A stretch of DNA of 64,000 nucleotides from Pyrinomonadaceae bacterium (GCA_043740295.1 JAYUCO010000025.1:2741-66740); one strand, 5' to 3'. Positions 9,335 through 18,510 are shown, numbered from the stretch's first letter. Numbers and translations: made by a program. The notes: generated by a model from the sequence alone, not told the origin.

Positions 9335-9670
9335 GTGCGAACAGGAAAAAAGACAAAGACTGACCCAGAATTAACGAGACAGCTCAACGCAAAATCCGCT
9401 GGAAAAGAATCTATAGGAGCGGTGTTTTCGCTTGATCTCCCATTGAAAAAGCTGCTGGATCCAAATGTAGTCGAAGAAACTACTAATAATGTACTAAGAC
9501 GCGCCGAAAAAAGTGCGGGATCAAAACCACGGGATGTAAACGTTTTCAAGAATTTGGGTTCATTTGCGGTCTCGGCCGACGCCTCTTTCCTTCAGGAAAT
9601 TATCGATGACCCTGACATCGCATCTGCTGTAGCCAGTAGTCAACCCGAATCGGATATTGAGCCCGTTTGA
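9335..9670 (+). CDS. small hypothetical protein resembling the N-terminal prodomain of the adjacent S8 peptidase
   Basis: The start is GTG with a weak SD. VNVFKNLGSFAVSADASFLQEIIDDPDIASAV aligns with MRYYPNLGVALGTVDRDGLSALRADKTNVDKV of the S8 N-terminus. Confidence 0.45.
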   Translation: MRTGKKTKTDPELTRQLNAKSAGKESIGAVFSLDLPLKKLLDPNVVEETTNNVLRRAEKSAGSKPRDVNVFKNLGSFAVSADASFLQEIIDDPDIASAVASSQPESDIEPV

Positions 9671-9700
9671 CAAATCCAGTTTCTACTATTCTAACTGTCA

Positions 9701-10000
9701 TCACCTCAACCCCTGTCCAAACTGCTCTGAGCCAAAAGATCCGATTCCGTTTAGGCGGAAGCTGAAGACTAGTTTGTTTTCTTTTCTCACGCCGACGTTG
9801 AAGCTGTAGTATTGGAGGGCGACGGAGCAGCAGTCGTAGGTGTAGCTGACGGTGACGAGCGAACTGATAAGGGGGTTTTGTCGGCTGGCGTGACGAATTT
9901 TGGAAGTTAAAGTAGAATGATGTCCCGCTCTGTGCGTTATATCAGGCCGATCATAGCTTCGCTCATGCTTTGGTCTGACATTATAATTATCGGTCGCAAT
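9701..10000 (-). pseudogene. ghost copy of the lptD 3' end: 99 open codons, no ATG
   Basis: By hand alignment the last 57 codons are 40/57 identical to the LptD C-terminus, and the final 8 aa (EQFGQGLR) and the TGA stop are the same. The copy is in the same frame as lptD and is separated from it only by TGA-GGT-TGA. Confidence 0.7.
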
Positions 10001-10006
10001 TCAACC

Positions 10007-12571
10007 TCACCGCAACCCTTGGCCGAATTGTTCGGTGCCGACGGTTCCGAGGCCGTTTAGGCGGAAGCTAAAGGCGACTCGGTTTTCGTTGCGGGCACCG
10101 ACGTTGAAGGTGTAATACTGGATCGCCAACGCACAGCAATCGTAGGCATAGCCGATGGTGTAGAGCGAACTTATCAAAGGTTGGAGACCTCTTGATCGAC
10201 GGTTCTCAAAATCGAGGAACAGCGAAACACCGCCGTAAAGACCGTGGTCACGGTTGCCGACAAGGATCGACGGGCTCCACTGCGAACCGCGTAAGGTTCC
10301 GGCTTCCTTTGCATTATTATTCGCATACTGGGCAAGCGAAGGGATCAAATTGACTGCCCGTGTGTAATAAAATGTCTGGAACACCTTGACCAGTTTTGTA
10401 TTGTAGCCAACCGATGCTGAAACGGCACGCACTCCGTCGCCCTGCACACCAACATCTAATCGAGTATTGAAAAATACCGTCCTCTGCGGCCGAAATGTGA
10501 GGTCGATATTTAGCGGTGAAAAACGCCGTGCGACGCCGCCGAAAGTATAAAAGCTCAATGCAGTGATCGGTTCGATCTGATTTCTTTGCCCCTGGACCAA
10601 AGCCCCGCCAAAGGTCTTGTCAAAAAAATACTTGCCGCGGACAGTAAGGCTGAATATCTCGTATGGCTGGATGGTCAGTGAATTTTGTGTTTTGGGTTTT
10701 GTATCTTTTGTCTGCTCCGTGTCATCGCCGACATCCACCACGAATTTTCCTGTCAATCCGGCCTTTACCTGTAAAAGCTTCTGCGCCTCTTCGGTCACGG
10801 CTTCGGCGTATCGTCTTGTGTAGATGCGGTTAGTGATGCCGTATTCGACCTCGTTTGTGTCCGCAATGGTGTCCAATTGGTCAAAACGTATTATTCGGTT
10901 GAAATTATCAACGCCCTTTATAAAGCGATATGTGACAAACGGTTCTATCACGTGTCTGAAACGGAATGTATTATCTTTTCCGTAGAAGTTTTTCGCCAGG
11001 GCTACGGGCCTGATATCGAATTCAAACTCGCCGTATTTACGAAGCACGTCGCTACCGGTGACCTGCCGCAAATTGTTAAATGAATTAGAGTAATATGTCG
11101 CACGTATCGCCCCCGATGCCGTGAAATTAACATATTTCGTATGCAGCGGGACCAGCACCTGCGGGTAAATATCGAGCCGCTGCCCGATCACCGGCGTGAC
11201 GACCGGATCGCTTCCGGTCACTTGCCTGTAAAGCTCGACATTGTCAACTTGCTCACGCCTTGAAACACCCTCGATGCTCGTTTTAAATGAAAAATATACA
11301 GGCTTTAAGAATGAAAGCGTTGACGGACGTTTTTCAAAATGCACACTAGGCAAATTGGAGGTTTTTATCCGCACATTGGGGATCGAAATCACCTGTGAGC
11401 GGGCAAGAAGGTCAAGCGTATAGTTGTTCCAGCTTTTATTTACAAAAGCCTGCGATACTTCGATAGGCGAAATGATCTGCTGCACACCATCCGAAAAAAC
11501 CTGCCGAAATGCCAGATTAGAGGTCAGCCGAACGTCGGTCGCCGCGGTAAATCCGTTAGAAAAATAATGCACACCTTCCGCATAGACGATTGAACCGCCC
11601 TGGTTCGGCCGGTCCGGGCTCTCGTCTGCTCCGAGGATACGGTCCTTGACCGCGTAAAAGCCAAAATTGAAATACGACCGCGAATTTGCCCGCGTCCGCA
11701 CATCCAACCCGTAACCGAAACCGCGTGAAGTGTAAAGATCGCCGCGAAATGTCACATCGGCCGACCTGCCCAATGTCTGAAAATAAGCACCTGATAATCT
11801 AAGCCCTTTGTTGCCTGAAAACGAAAAACTCGGCGTCAGGAAACCTGATGAACGGTCTCGAACTTTGATCGGTATCGAAACATACGGCAAGGGAATGACC
11901 GGAATATCCTTTACCCTGAATTTTGCATTTTTTAATTTTATTTTGTCGTTAATTTTGATCTTCGCTTCATCGGCGGTGAACGACCATTTCGGCACGGCTT
12001 CTTCGCAAGCCGTGAATTTCCCCTTGGTCACCACGACCTCATTAAGAGCGGTGCGTTCAACACGTTCGGCGGTAAAATAGATCACCGTTCCGTCGTTGGT
12101 CTGATTTGTGAACCCGGTGGAATCTTCAAAAACCCCAAGCTTTGTCTTGTAATTCCAGACAGCCTTTGCCCCTGTGATGCGCTGGTCGTCACCCTGGTCA
12201 AACACCACGCTCCCTTCCGCGACCATTTTGTTCTCGGCTTCATAGATACTTATTTTGTCTGCCTGCAGCCTGTAGATGCCAAAATGAACATCCACATTAC
12301 CTTCGTGGACGAGGACACGTTTACCTTCCACGCCTTCAACGGTCTGCTTTTGCGAATAAACGACCACTTCGCCGTCTCCGCCTTCTTTTTCGAACGACAC
12401 TTTAGGTTTAGGCGGTGGTATATTTTGATCGGCCGATATTGGATTTATATTCGGAGTATCGGTGATCGGATTGGCAATTTGGCGTTCGACAGGATTTGTC
12501 TGCTGCGCGTTTCCCGATAGATGCGGCAACACAAGGAGTGAAATAAAGATGATGATTTTATGAAAACGCAT
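10007..12571 (-). CDS. lptD: LPS-assembly outer-membrane protein LptD
   Basis: The protein has a signal peptide and an OstA-like N-terminal region (GNVDVHFGIYRLQADKISIY). The FTACEEAVPKWSF motif is present. A long beta-barrel-like C-terminus ends in aromatic-rich strands. Confidence 0.75.
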   Translation of the reverse strand: MRFHKIIIFISLLVLPHLSGNAQQTNPVERQIANPITDTPNINPISADQNIPPPKPKVSFEKEGGDGEVVVYSQKQTVEGVEGKRVLVHEGNVDVHFGIYRLQADKISIYEAENKMVAEGSVVFDQGDDQRITGAKAVWNYKTKLGVFEDSTGFTNQTNDGTVIYFTAERVERTALNEVVVTKGKFTACEEAVPKWSFTADEAKIKINDKIKLKNAKFRVKDIPVIPLPYVSIPIKVRDRSSGFLTPSFSFSGNKGLRLSGAYFQTLGRSADVTFRGDLYTSRGFGYGLDVRTRANSRSYFNFGFYAVKDRILGADESPDRPNQGGSIVYAEGVHYFSNGFTAATDVRLTSNLAFRQVFSDGVQQIISPIEVSQAFVNKSWNNYTLDLLARSQVISIPNVRIKTSNLPSVHFEKRPSTLSFLKPVYFSFKTSIEGVSRREQVDNVELYRQVTGSDPVVTPVIGQRLDIYPQVLVPLHTKYVNFTASGAIRATYYSNSFNNLRQVTGSDVLRKYGEFEFDIRPVALAKNFYGKDNTFRFRHVIEPFVTYRFIKGVDNFNRIIRFDQLDTIADTNEVEYGITNRIYTRRYAEAVTEEAQKLLQVKAGLTGKFVVDVGDDTEQTKDTKPKTQNSLTIQPYEIFSLTVRGKYFFDKTFGGALVQGQRNQIEPITALSFYTFGGVARRFSPLNIDLTFRPQRTVFFNTRLDVGVQGDGVRAVSASVGYNTKLVKVFQTFYYTRAVNLIPSLAQYANNNAKEAGTLRGSQWSPSILVGNRDHGLYGGVSLFLDFENRRSRGLQPLISSLYTIGYAYDCCALAIQYYTFNVGARNENRVAFSFRLNGLGTVGTEQFGQGLR

Positions 12572-12668
12572 TCAGTTTAAGAGATAATAATTCGATGCTA
12601 ACACGAAACCGAATAAACAATAAAGCCTTGTGTTAGACTAATAATCCGGCCAAAACAACTTGTAAATT

Positions 12669-14015
12669 ATGGCAAAACAGAGCGTTTTAGTTGTAGAAGA
12701 CGAAGAATTGATGCGTTCGATCTTACGCAGGCTGCTGGAAGATGCGGGCTTCCGCGTTTTCACCGCCGACAGCTCTGAAACCGCGCTTGAGATCTTTCCT
12801 GATAACGACATTGCCGCAACGTTGACCGATATTAAAATGGCGGGAATGGACGGCCTACAGTTGCTTGAACGAATTAAAGCCGTCGATCCCAATGCAATGG
12901 TCATAATTATGACAGCATATTCGTCTGTCGATTCCGCAGTATCCGCTCTGCGCAAAGGAGCATATGATTACGTCACAAAGCCTTTTGTTAACGAAGACCT
13001 TCTTCAGACCATAAAAAATGCAATTCTACAGCGCGAACTTTTTCACGAGAACCGTGCCCTTCGCCGTGAACTTAATAAGCAATACACGTTCACGGAAATT
13101 ATCGGACAGAGCAACGGCCTAAAAAACATTTTCACATTGGTCCAGAAAGTTGCCGATACGAATGCGGCGGTTTTGATACAGGGAGAAAGCGGCACCGGCA
13201 AGGAATTGATCGCCCGGGCTATCCATTTCGACAGCGGACGCGCCTCAAAACCATTCCTTGCGGTAAATTGCGGGGCCTTGCCAGAGTCCCTGCTTGAAAG
13301 CGAGCTTTTCGGGCATACAAAAGGAGCCTTTACCGGTGCCGTCACCGAGAAAAAAGGGCTGTTCCGGAGTGCTGCGGGCGGCACGCTTTTTTTGGATGAG
13401 ATCGGCGAAATGCCGTTGCCGCTGCAAGTGAAATTGCTGCGTGCGCTGCAGGAACACGAGGTCACGCCCGTCGGCTCATCAATTCCCGTCAAATTTGACA
13501 CGCGGATAATTGCCGCGACAAATAAGGACCTCGAATTTGAGGTCGCCGCAAATAATTTCCGGGAAGACCTTTTTTACAGGCTTAATGTGATCGAGATCTC
13601 GATCGCGCCGCTTCGCGAACGGCGCGATGATATTCCGCTGCTGGTCAAACATTTTGCGGTTAAATCCGCACGCAATCAGAACGCCGAAGAAAAGGCGGTG
13701 ACAAATGAAGCGATGTCTGCTCTATTGAACTACGATTGGCCGGGAAATGTACGCGAATTGGAGAACGTCATTGAACGGGCCTTCATCCTCAGCGGCGGCG
13801 AGATCGATCTCAACAGCCTGCCGTTAAAGGTCCGTAGCAAAACCGCAAATATATCTGAGACCGGCGAATCTCGGCCGACTCTCGAAGAGACCGAACGTAA
13901 ATACATGTTGGAGATAATGGACGAGGTGGAAAATGACAAGGCCAGAGCCGCAAAAATTCTCGGCATCGATCTTTCCACACTTTATCGCAAGCTAAAGCGA
14001 TATCAGGATATTTAA
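12669..14015 (+). CDS. sigma-54-dependent response regulator (NtrC family)
   Basis: A REC domain (VLVVEDEE...TDIKMAGMDG) is followed by an AAA+ domain with GESGTGKE and GAFTGA motifs. A C-terminal Fis-type HTH is present. Confidence 0.9.
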   Translation: MAKQSVLVVEDEELMRSILRRLLEDAGFRVFTADSSETALEIFPDNDIAATLTDIKMAGMDGLQLLERIKAVDPNAMVIIMTAYSSVDSAVSALRKGAYDYVTKPFVNEDLLQTIKNAILQRELFHENRALRRELNKQYTFTEIIGQSNGLKNIFTLVQKVADTNAAVLIQGESGTGKELIARAIHFDSGRASKPFLAVNCGALPESLLESELFGHTKGAFTGAVTEKKGLFRSAAGGTLFLDEIGEMPLPLQVKLLRALQEHEVTPVGSSIPVKFDTRIIAATNKDLEFEVAANNFREDLFYRLNVIEISIAPLRERRDDIPLLVKHFAVKSARNQNAEEKAVTNEAMSALLNYDWPGNVRELENVIERAFILSGGEIDLNSLPLKVRSKTANISETGESRPTLEETERKYMLEIMDEVENDKARAAKILGIDLSTLYRKLKRYQDI

Positions 14016-14019
14016 ATAT

Positions 14020-14547
14020 CTATTTGGAAGACGCTTCGAGGATAAAATAATCGCTGTTCTCAATTTTCACGAGCCGTCCATGAATATATGGCGGAAGCAA
14101 AATGTCATCGGCCGAATACGATTCCCCGTTTAGCAGATCGTCACCGCTGATCTCGCTTTGTGCCATAAGTTCGGCTGGAAACCATTGTTCGGTTGTCATG
14201 TTGGCTGTTTCACCCTGTTTGCGTTTCTGGACCTCCGTAAGAAATGCTTTGGCCTGTTCGGCAGGAAGTCTCAATACCGCAATAAGTTTCTTTTCGATCT
14301 GGTCCGAGGTTTGATCTTTTAACGATTCTTCTTTCCAGACCGTTTCTTCCGGGTCAAATGGCAGGTTGACCAAAGCCCGTAGTTCCTCGGTGTTGTCCTT
14401 TACGGTGTTCGTCGCTCGATTGGCTGTATTGGCCGGCGACGTATTTACCGCGGTTAAATTGTCATCTTTTTGGCTTAAGGTGCAGCCGACTAGCATTTGA
14501 ATTGATAAAATAAATGCTAGAATAATCGCAGTTTTTAACCATTGCAT
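14020..14547 (-). CDS. hypothetical lipoprotein
   Basis: The likely start is the internal Met, giving MQWLKTAIILAFILSIQMLVGC with lipobox LVGC. No family was recognised. Confidence 0.5.
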   Translation of the reverse strand: MQWLKTAIILAFILSIQMLVGCTLSQKDDNLTAVNTSPANTANRATNTVKDNTEELRALVNLPFDPEETVWKEESLKDQTSDQIEKKLIAVLRLPAEQAKAFLTEVQKRKQGETANMTTEQWFPAELMAQSEISGDDLLNGESYSADDILLPPYIHGRLVKIENSDYFILEASSK

Positions 14548-14666
14548 CGGCCTATTGTAAAAGCATTGATTGGTCTTTGCAATTCGCCGGCACAGCAAGG
14601 TGGCTTAAGCTTGGCCTGTGCTGACCAAAGATCTTTCTGCGAACGACCTAAAAGGCAGGTAAAGAC

Positions 14667-15188
14667 ATGAGAACAAAAACTATATGTATTTCTATAGCTT
14701 TGCTGGTATTTTCAGCTGTTTGCCCGGCACAAATACAAAAGCCTTCCGGCATTGTTAGATCGTTCTACAAATTTCATCTGGCCGCCTCCGGCACTTTCAA
14801 CGCAGCAGCGATCAAGACCCGCCGTAGATGGTTCAGCGCCGATCTAAACATGCTTTTCCATAACGAACTGAAGCGCCAAAAAGCATATTTGAAGATAAAT
14901 CCGACCGACAAACCGCACTTCGGCGACGGCTTCCCTTTTCAGCCTTTCGAAGAATGCTCGCAGGGCGGCAGAGCTTATAAAAACACTTACATCGTCATCG
15001 ATAAACGCACCGCACGAAACACGGCCACGGTCGAGATAAAATTTTATGGGCCCAAAAAGTGCGGCGGAAAATTGATTGACACATACGAGATCGAGATGAT
15101 AAAAACCAGTTCCAGTTGGCTGATAAACGATTGGATATATTCTAATGGCGAAACCCTTACTTCAGAACTTAAACGTGCAGATTATTAG
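14667..15188 (+). CDS. hypothetical secreted protein (possibly DUF3828-like)
   Basis: A signal peptide is present (MRTKTICISIALLVFSAVCPAQ). The family assignment is from memory only. Confidence 0.4.
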   Translation: MRTKTICISIALLVFSAVCPAQIQKPSGIVRSFYKFHLAASGTFNAAAIKTRRRWFSADLNMLFHNELKRQKAYLKINPTDKPHFGDGFPFQPFEECSQGGRAYKNTYIVIDKRTARNTATVEIKFYGPKKCGGKLIDTYEIEMIKTSSSWLINDWIYSNGETLTSELKRADY

Positions 15189-15215
15189 TGTCGCTTGTTC
15201 GCATCACAACCCTTA

Positions 15216-16541
15216 ATGAAAAATAAAAACGCCGTTTGGTACGCATTGTTCGTCCTGTTTTTTATAAACACGATGAATTTTTTCGACCGTCAAATATTGG
15301 GAGCGGTCGGCGAACCGATACGAAAGGAATTCGGTTTGGGCGATTCGGCTCTTGGCGCAATGAATACGGCTTTCACTATTCTGTATGCTTTTGTCGGCAT
15401 TCCACTGGGCAGATTAGCTGATAAAGCCGGGCGAAAATGGATATTATCGGCCGGTGTTTTTTTATGGAGCCTGTTCACAGCGGCTTCTGGCTTCGCACAA
15501 AATTTTTGGCAGATATTTGCAGTGCGTCTCGGCGTAGGCATTGGTGAAGCATCGTGTGCACCGGCCGCAACGTCGCTTATCGCCGATTATTTCCCCGCCG
15601 AAAGCCGTGCCAAAGCCACCTCGATTTTCATGCTCGGATTACCGGTCGGCATTGCCTTGAGTTTTGGCGTAAGCGGCACTATTGCAAGAGTTTACGGCTG
15701 GCGTGCCGCTTTTTTTGTGGCGGCTGTGCCGGGTTTGATCTGTGTGCTTCTCGCTTTGTTCATTCGCGAACCGGAACGCGGAACTTTCGATAATACTGGT
15801 GCCGAAGACGGCAAAGGCACAAGATCGGTTTACAAAGAGATATTGTCTTCGCCGACCATGCGTTGGCTGATCGTTTCGGGTGCGATCCACAATTTCAACC
15901 TGTATTCGATCAGTGCATTCATGACGCCTTATCTGATGCGTTTTCACGGGTTGGATATCCGTGACGCCAACTTCATTTCGATGATAATCTACGGATTTCT
16001 CAGCTTGCCGGGACTTCTGCTTAGCGGGGTCATTGGTGATGCCGCCAAAAGAAGAAAGCCGAATGGAGCTTTGCTTGTTGCATCTGCCGCGATCCTGCTC
16101 TCGATCCCCTTTTTCTACTTTGCCCTCGGCGTTGCGTCCGGAATCGTTTATCCCTTCCTGTTTTTAATGGGAACGAGCGTCGCATTGTTATATTTCTATT
16201 ATTCGATAGTTTATTCAACGATTCAAAATATCACCGAACCAAGATCACGCGGCACGGCAATGTCCTTGTATTTTATGGCCATGTATCTGCTCGGCGGTGC
16301 GTTTGGGCCGTATGTCGTAGGCATCATCAGCGATTATTTTACGCGGCAGGCGGCAATAGCATCAGGTGCCGTAGAGTTTTCGGTCGCTGCTCTCGAACCT
16401 TTCCGTGCCGCCGGCCTGAGGTCTGCAATGTATGTCATACCGGTTTTAAGCATTGTTCTGACCGCGGTTCTGTACGCCGCCTCGCGCACCGTGAAAAAGG
16501 ACATCGAGAAGTTGGAAGGCCGGATGAGCGGTTTAAGTTAA
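15216..16541 (+). CDS. MFS transporter
   Basis: The protein has about 12 hydrophobic segments. The N-terminus (WYALFVLFFINTMNFFDRQILG) and the GRLADKAGRK loop are typical of the MFS family. I prefer the ATG at 15216 over the TTG at 15195. Confidence 0.75.
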   Translation: MKNKNAVWYALFVLFFINTMNFFDRQILGAVGEPIRKEFGLGDSALGAMNTAFTILYAFVGIPLGRLADKAGRKWILSAGVFLWSLFTAASGFAQNFWQIFAVRLGVGIGEASCAPAATSLIADYFPAESRAKATSIFMLGLPVGIALSFGVSGTIARVYGWRAAFFVAAVPGLICVLLALFIREPERGTFDNTGAEDGKGTRSVYKEILSSPTMRWLIVSGAIHNFNLYSISAFMTPYLMRFHGLDIRDANFISMIIYGFLSLPGLLLSGVIGDAAKRRKPNGALLVASAAILLSIPFFYFALGVASGIVYPFLFLMGTSVALLYFYYSIVYSTIQNITEPRSRGTAMSLYFMAMYLLGGAFGPYVVGIISDYFTRQAAIASGAVEFSVAALEPFRAAGLRSAMYVIPVLSIVLTAVLYAASRTVKKDIEKLEGRMSGLS

Positions 16542-16544
16542 TCC

Positions 16545-16659
16545 CGACCCTGAAAGGGTCGCACAATGGCGTTCGGTGGCTCCCCTTCAGGGAGCGAATC
16601 AGATCATCACCAAACCCAGGGTTTCACCCGGGGCTATTATCTTTGACGCTTTCAGCGTC
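16545..16659. repeat. cluster of four short stem-loops with related pentaloops (REP/MITE-like intergenic element)
   Basis: The four hairpins are CGACCC-TGAAA-GGGTCG, GCTCCC-CTTCA-GGGAGC, CCCAGGG-TTTCA-CCCGGGG (one mismatch) and GACGC-TTTCA-GCGTC. Confidence 0.6.
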
Positions 16660-16751
16660 GGAAAACCCTTTCTACCATACAACCGTGATTTCGATGTAAA
16701 CTTGCATTTATGCTAAAATTTCAACTTATACATAAATAACGAAATCGACAT

Positions 16752-18428
16752 ATGACACCAGAAATCACCGAAGCAATTACTAGATCAGCCGAAGAAAAAA
16801 AGCGTTGGGAGCAGGAAACGCTGCAAAAGGTCCTCGATAAAACCGCCGAACGCAAAACTAGTTTCGAAGGCATTTCGCTCGAACCGGTCGAACGCCTTTA
16901 CAGCGAATCAGACGCTGAAAACTTGAGCGAGATCGGCTTCCCCGGTGAATATCCATACAAACGCGGCATACACCCGACCGGCTATCGCGGTAAGCTCTGG
17001 ACGATGCGCCAGTTTGCCGGATTCTCATCGCCCGAAGAAACTAACAAAAGGTTCAAATATCTGATGGCCCAGGGCCAGACAGGATTAAGCGTCGCCTACG
17101 ATCTTCCGGCCTTGATGGGCCTCGACGCCGATTCGCCTTTGAGCGAAGGCGAGGTTGGGAAATGCGGTGTCGCAGTTTCTTCTTTGGCCGATTTTGAGGT
17201 CTTATTTGACGGCATCCCGCTTGAAGAAGTAACGGTTTCGCAGACGATCAACGCTCCCGCACCGATATTTCTGGCAATGTATCTGGTCGTCGCCGAAAAG
17301 CAAAAGGCTGACTTTTCAAAGATTTCAGGCACGCTCCAAAACGATATTCTGAAAGAGTACATCGCCCAAAAAGAATGGATCTACCCGATCAAACCGGCGA
17401 TGAAGCTCGTGATCGACACCTTCGAATACACGGTCAAACACGTCCCGAAATATAACCCGATCTCGGTGTCTGGCTATCACATTCGCGAAGCGGGATCAAC
17501 CGCTTTGCAGGAACTGGCGTTTACCCTGCGTGACGGCGTCGAGTATGTGCAATATGGCGTAGATCGAGGAATGGATGTTGACGCTTTCGCCCCGCGTCTT
17601 TCATTTTTCTTCAACGCCCACAATGATTTCTTCGAGGAAATAGCCAAATACCGGGCCGCCCGCGTCGTTTGGGCCGAGACGATGAAGGAGCGTTTCGGGG
17701 CAAAAAGCCCGCGCACTATGCAAATGCGTTTTCACACGCAGACCGCCGGAGTTTCGCTCACCGTCCAGCAGCCTCTGATAAATATTGCCCGCGTGGCGAT
17801 TCAGGCCCTCGCCGGGGTTTTGGGCGGAACGCAAAGCCTGCACACCGATTCATACGACGAGGCCCTCGCCCTGCCGACAGATAAAGCCGCCTTGATCGCC
17901 CTCCGCACCCAACAGATCATCGCCGAGGAAACGGGTGTCGTAAACACGGTCGATCCGCTTGGCGGCAGCTTCTATGTCGAATCGCTGACGCAGAAAATGA
18001 TCGACGGCTGTTACGATTATTTTGAGAAGATCGACGGTTTTGGCGGTATGGTCGAAGCGGTCGAAGCCGGTTTCCCGCAGCGTGAAATTCAGGAATCGGC
18101 GTACCAATATCAAAAAGCCGTCGAGCGGAACGAGCAGGTCATCGTCGGCGTCAACAAGTATGCCATGGCCGATGACGATTCCAAGATCGACACGCTCCGT
18201 ATCGACGAAACCGTCCGTGCCCATCAGCTCCTGCGTCTCGAACACGTCAAAACGACAAGGGATTCGGGTGCAGTAGCAAATTCGCTTGAAAAACTGAAGC
18301 AGGTGTCTAAGAAAAACGAAAACACCATGCCCGCCATCATCGAAGCCGTCGCCGCCTACGCCACTGTCGAAGAGATCTGCGTGGCATTGAGAGATGTATA
18401 TGGAATTTACGAAGAACCTGCGTTTTAA
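16752..18428 (+). CDS. methylmalonyl-CoA mutase family protein: catalytic (N-terminal) subunit without a B12-binding domain
   Basis: At 558 aa it shows typical mutase motifs: [34 protein letters not shown] and FHTQTAG. There is no C-terminal DxHxxG cobalamin-binding domain. Confidence 0.85.
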   Translation: MTPEITEAITRSAEEKKRWEQETLQKVLDKTAERKTSFEGISLEPVERLYSESDAENLSEIGFPGEYPYKRGIHPTGYRGKLWTMRQFAGFSSPEETNKRFKYLMAQGQTGLSVAYDLPALMGLDADSPLSEGEVGKCGVAVSSLADFEVLFDGIPLEEVTVSQTINAPAPIFLAMYLVVAEKQKADFSKISGTLQNDILKEYIAQKEWIYPIKPAMKLVIDTFEYTVKHVPKYNPISVSGYHIREAGSTALQELAFTLRDGVEYVQYGVDRGMDVDAFAPRLSFFFNAHNDFFEEIAKYRAARVVWAETMKERFGAKSPRTMQMRFHTQTAGVSLTVQQPLINIARVAIQALAGVLGGTQSLHTDSYDEALALPTDKAALIALRTQQIIAEETGVVNTVDPLGGSFYVESLTQKMIDGCYDYFEKIDGFGGMVEAVEAGFPQREIQESAYQYQKAVERNEQVIVGVNKYAMADDDSKIDTLRIDETVRAHQLLRLEHVKTTRDSGAVANSLEKLKQVSKKNENTMPAIIEAVAAYATVEEICVALRDVYGIYEEPAF

Positions 18429-18510
18429 TGATCTCTTGTCCACGAAATGAGACGTAGATAAAAGCAACATTATGACTTGTAACCAAGGCTGAACTTGCTA
18501 AACTTGACTT

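Noticed and set aside
2-9670. I considered calling the left cluster a genomic island on the basis of base composition.
   Set aside because: The hand-counted blocks (42-50% GC) do not differ clearly from the rest of the window, and no integrase, tRNA or direct repeats are visible. Only the lptD ghost hints at a boundary, so the island status is left as a hypothesis inside the findings.
10001-10009. The TGA-GGT-TGA sequence between lptD and its in-frame ghost copy might indicate programmed stop-codon readthrough that extends LptD.
   Set aside because: Two consecutive stops would have to be bypassed. The extension would also append a second copy of the terminal beta-strands to a barrel protein. 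A recombination scar is the simpler explanation.
17850-18470. A 206-aa ORF lies antisense to the methylmalonyl-CoA mutase gene. Similar long antisense ORFs occur at 27392-28006, 28517-29110, 52784-53452, 54763-55266 and 57484-58035.
   Set aside because: All lie fully inside well-supported genes on the opposite strand. They have low-complexity, Arg/Ser/Pro-rich translations and no SD. They are typical shadow ORFs.
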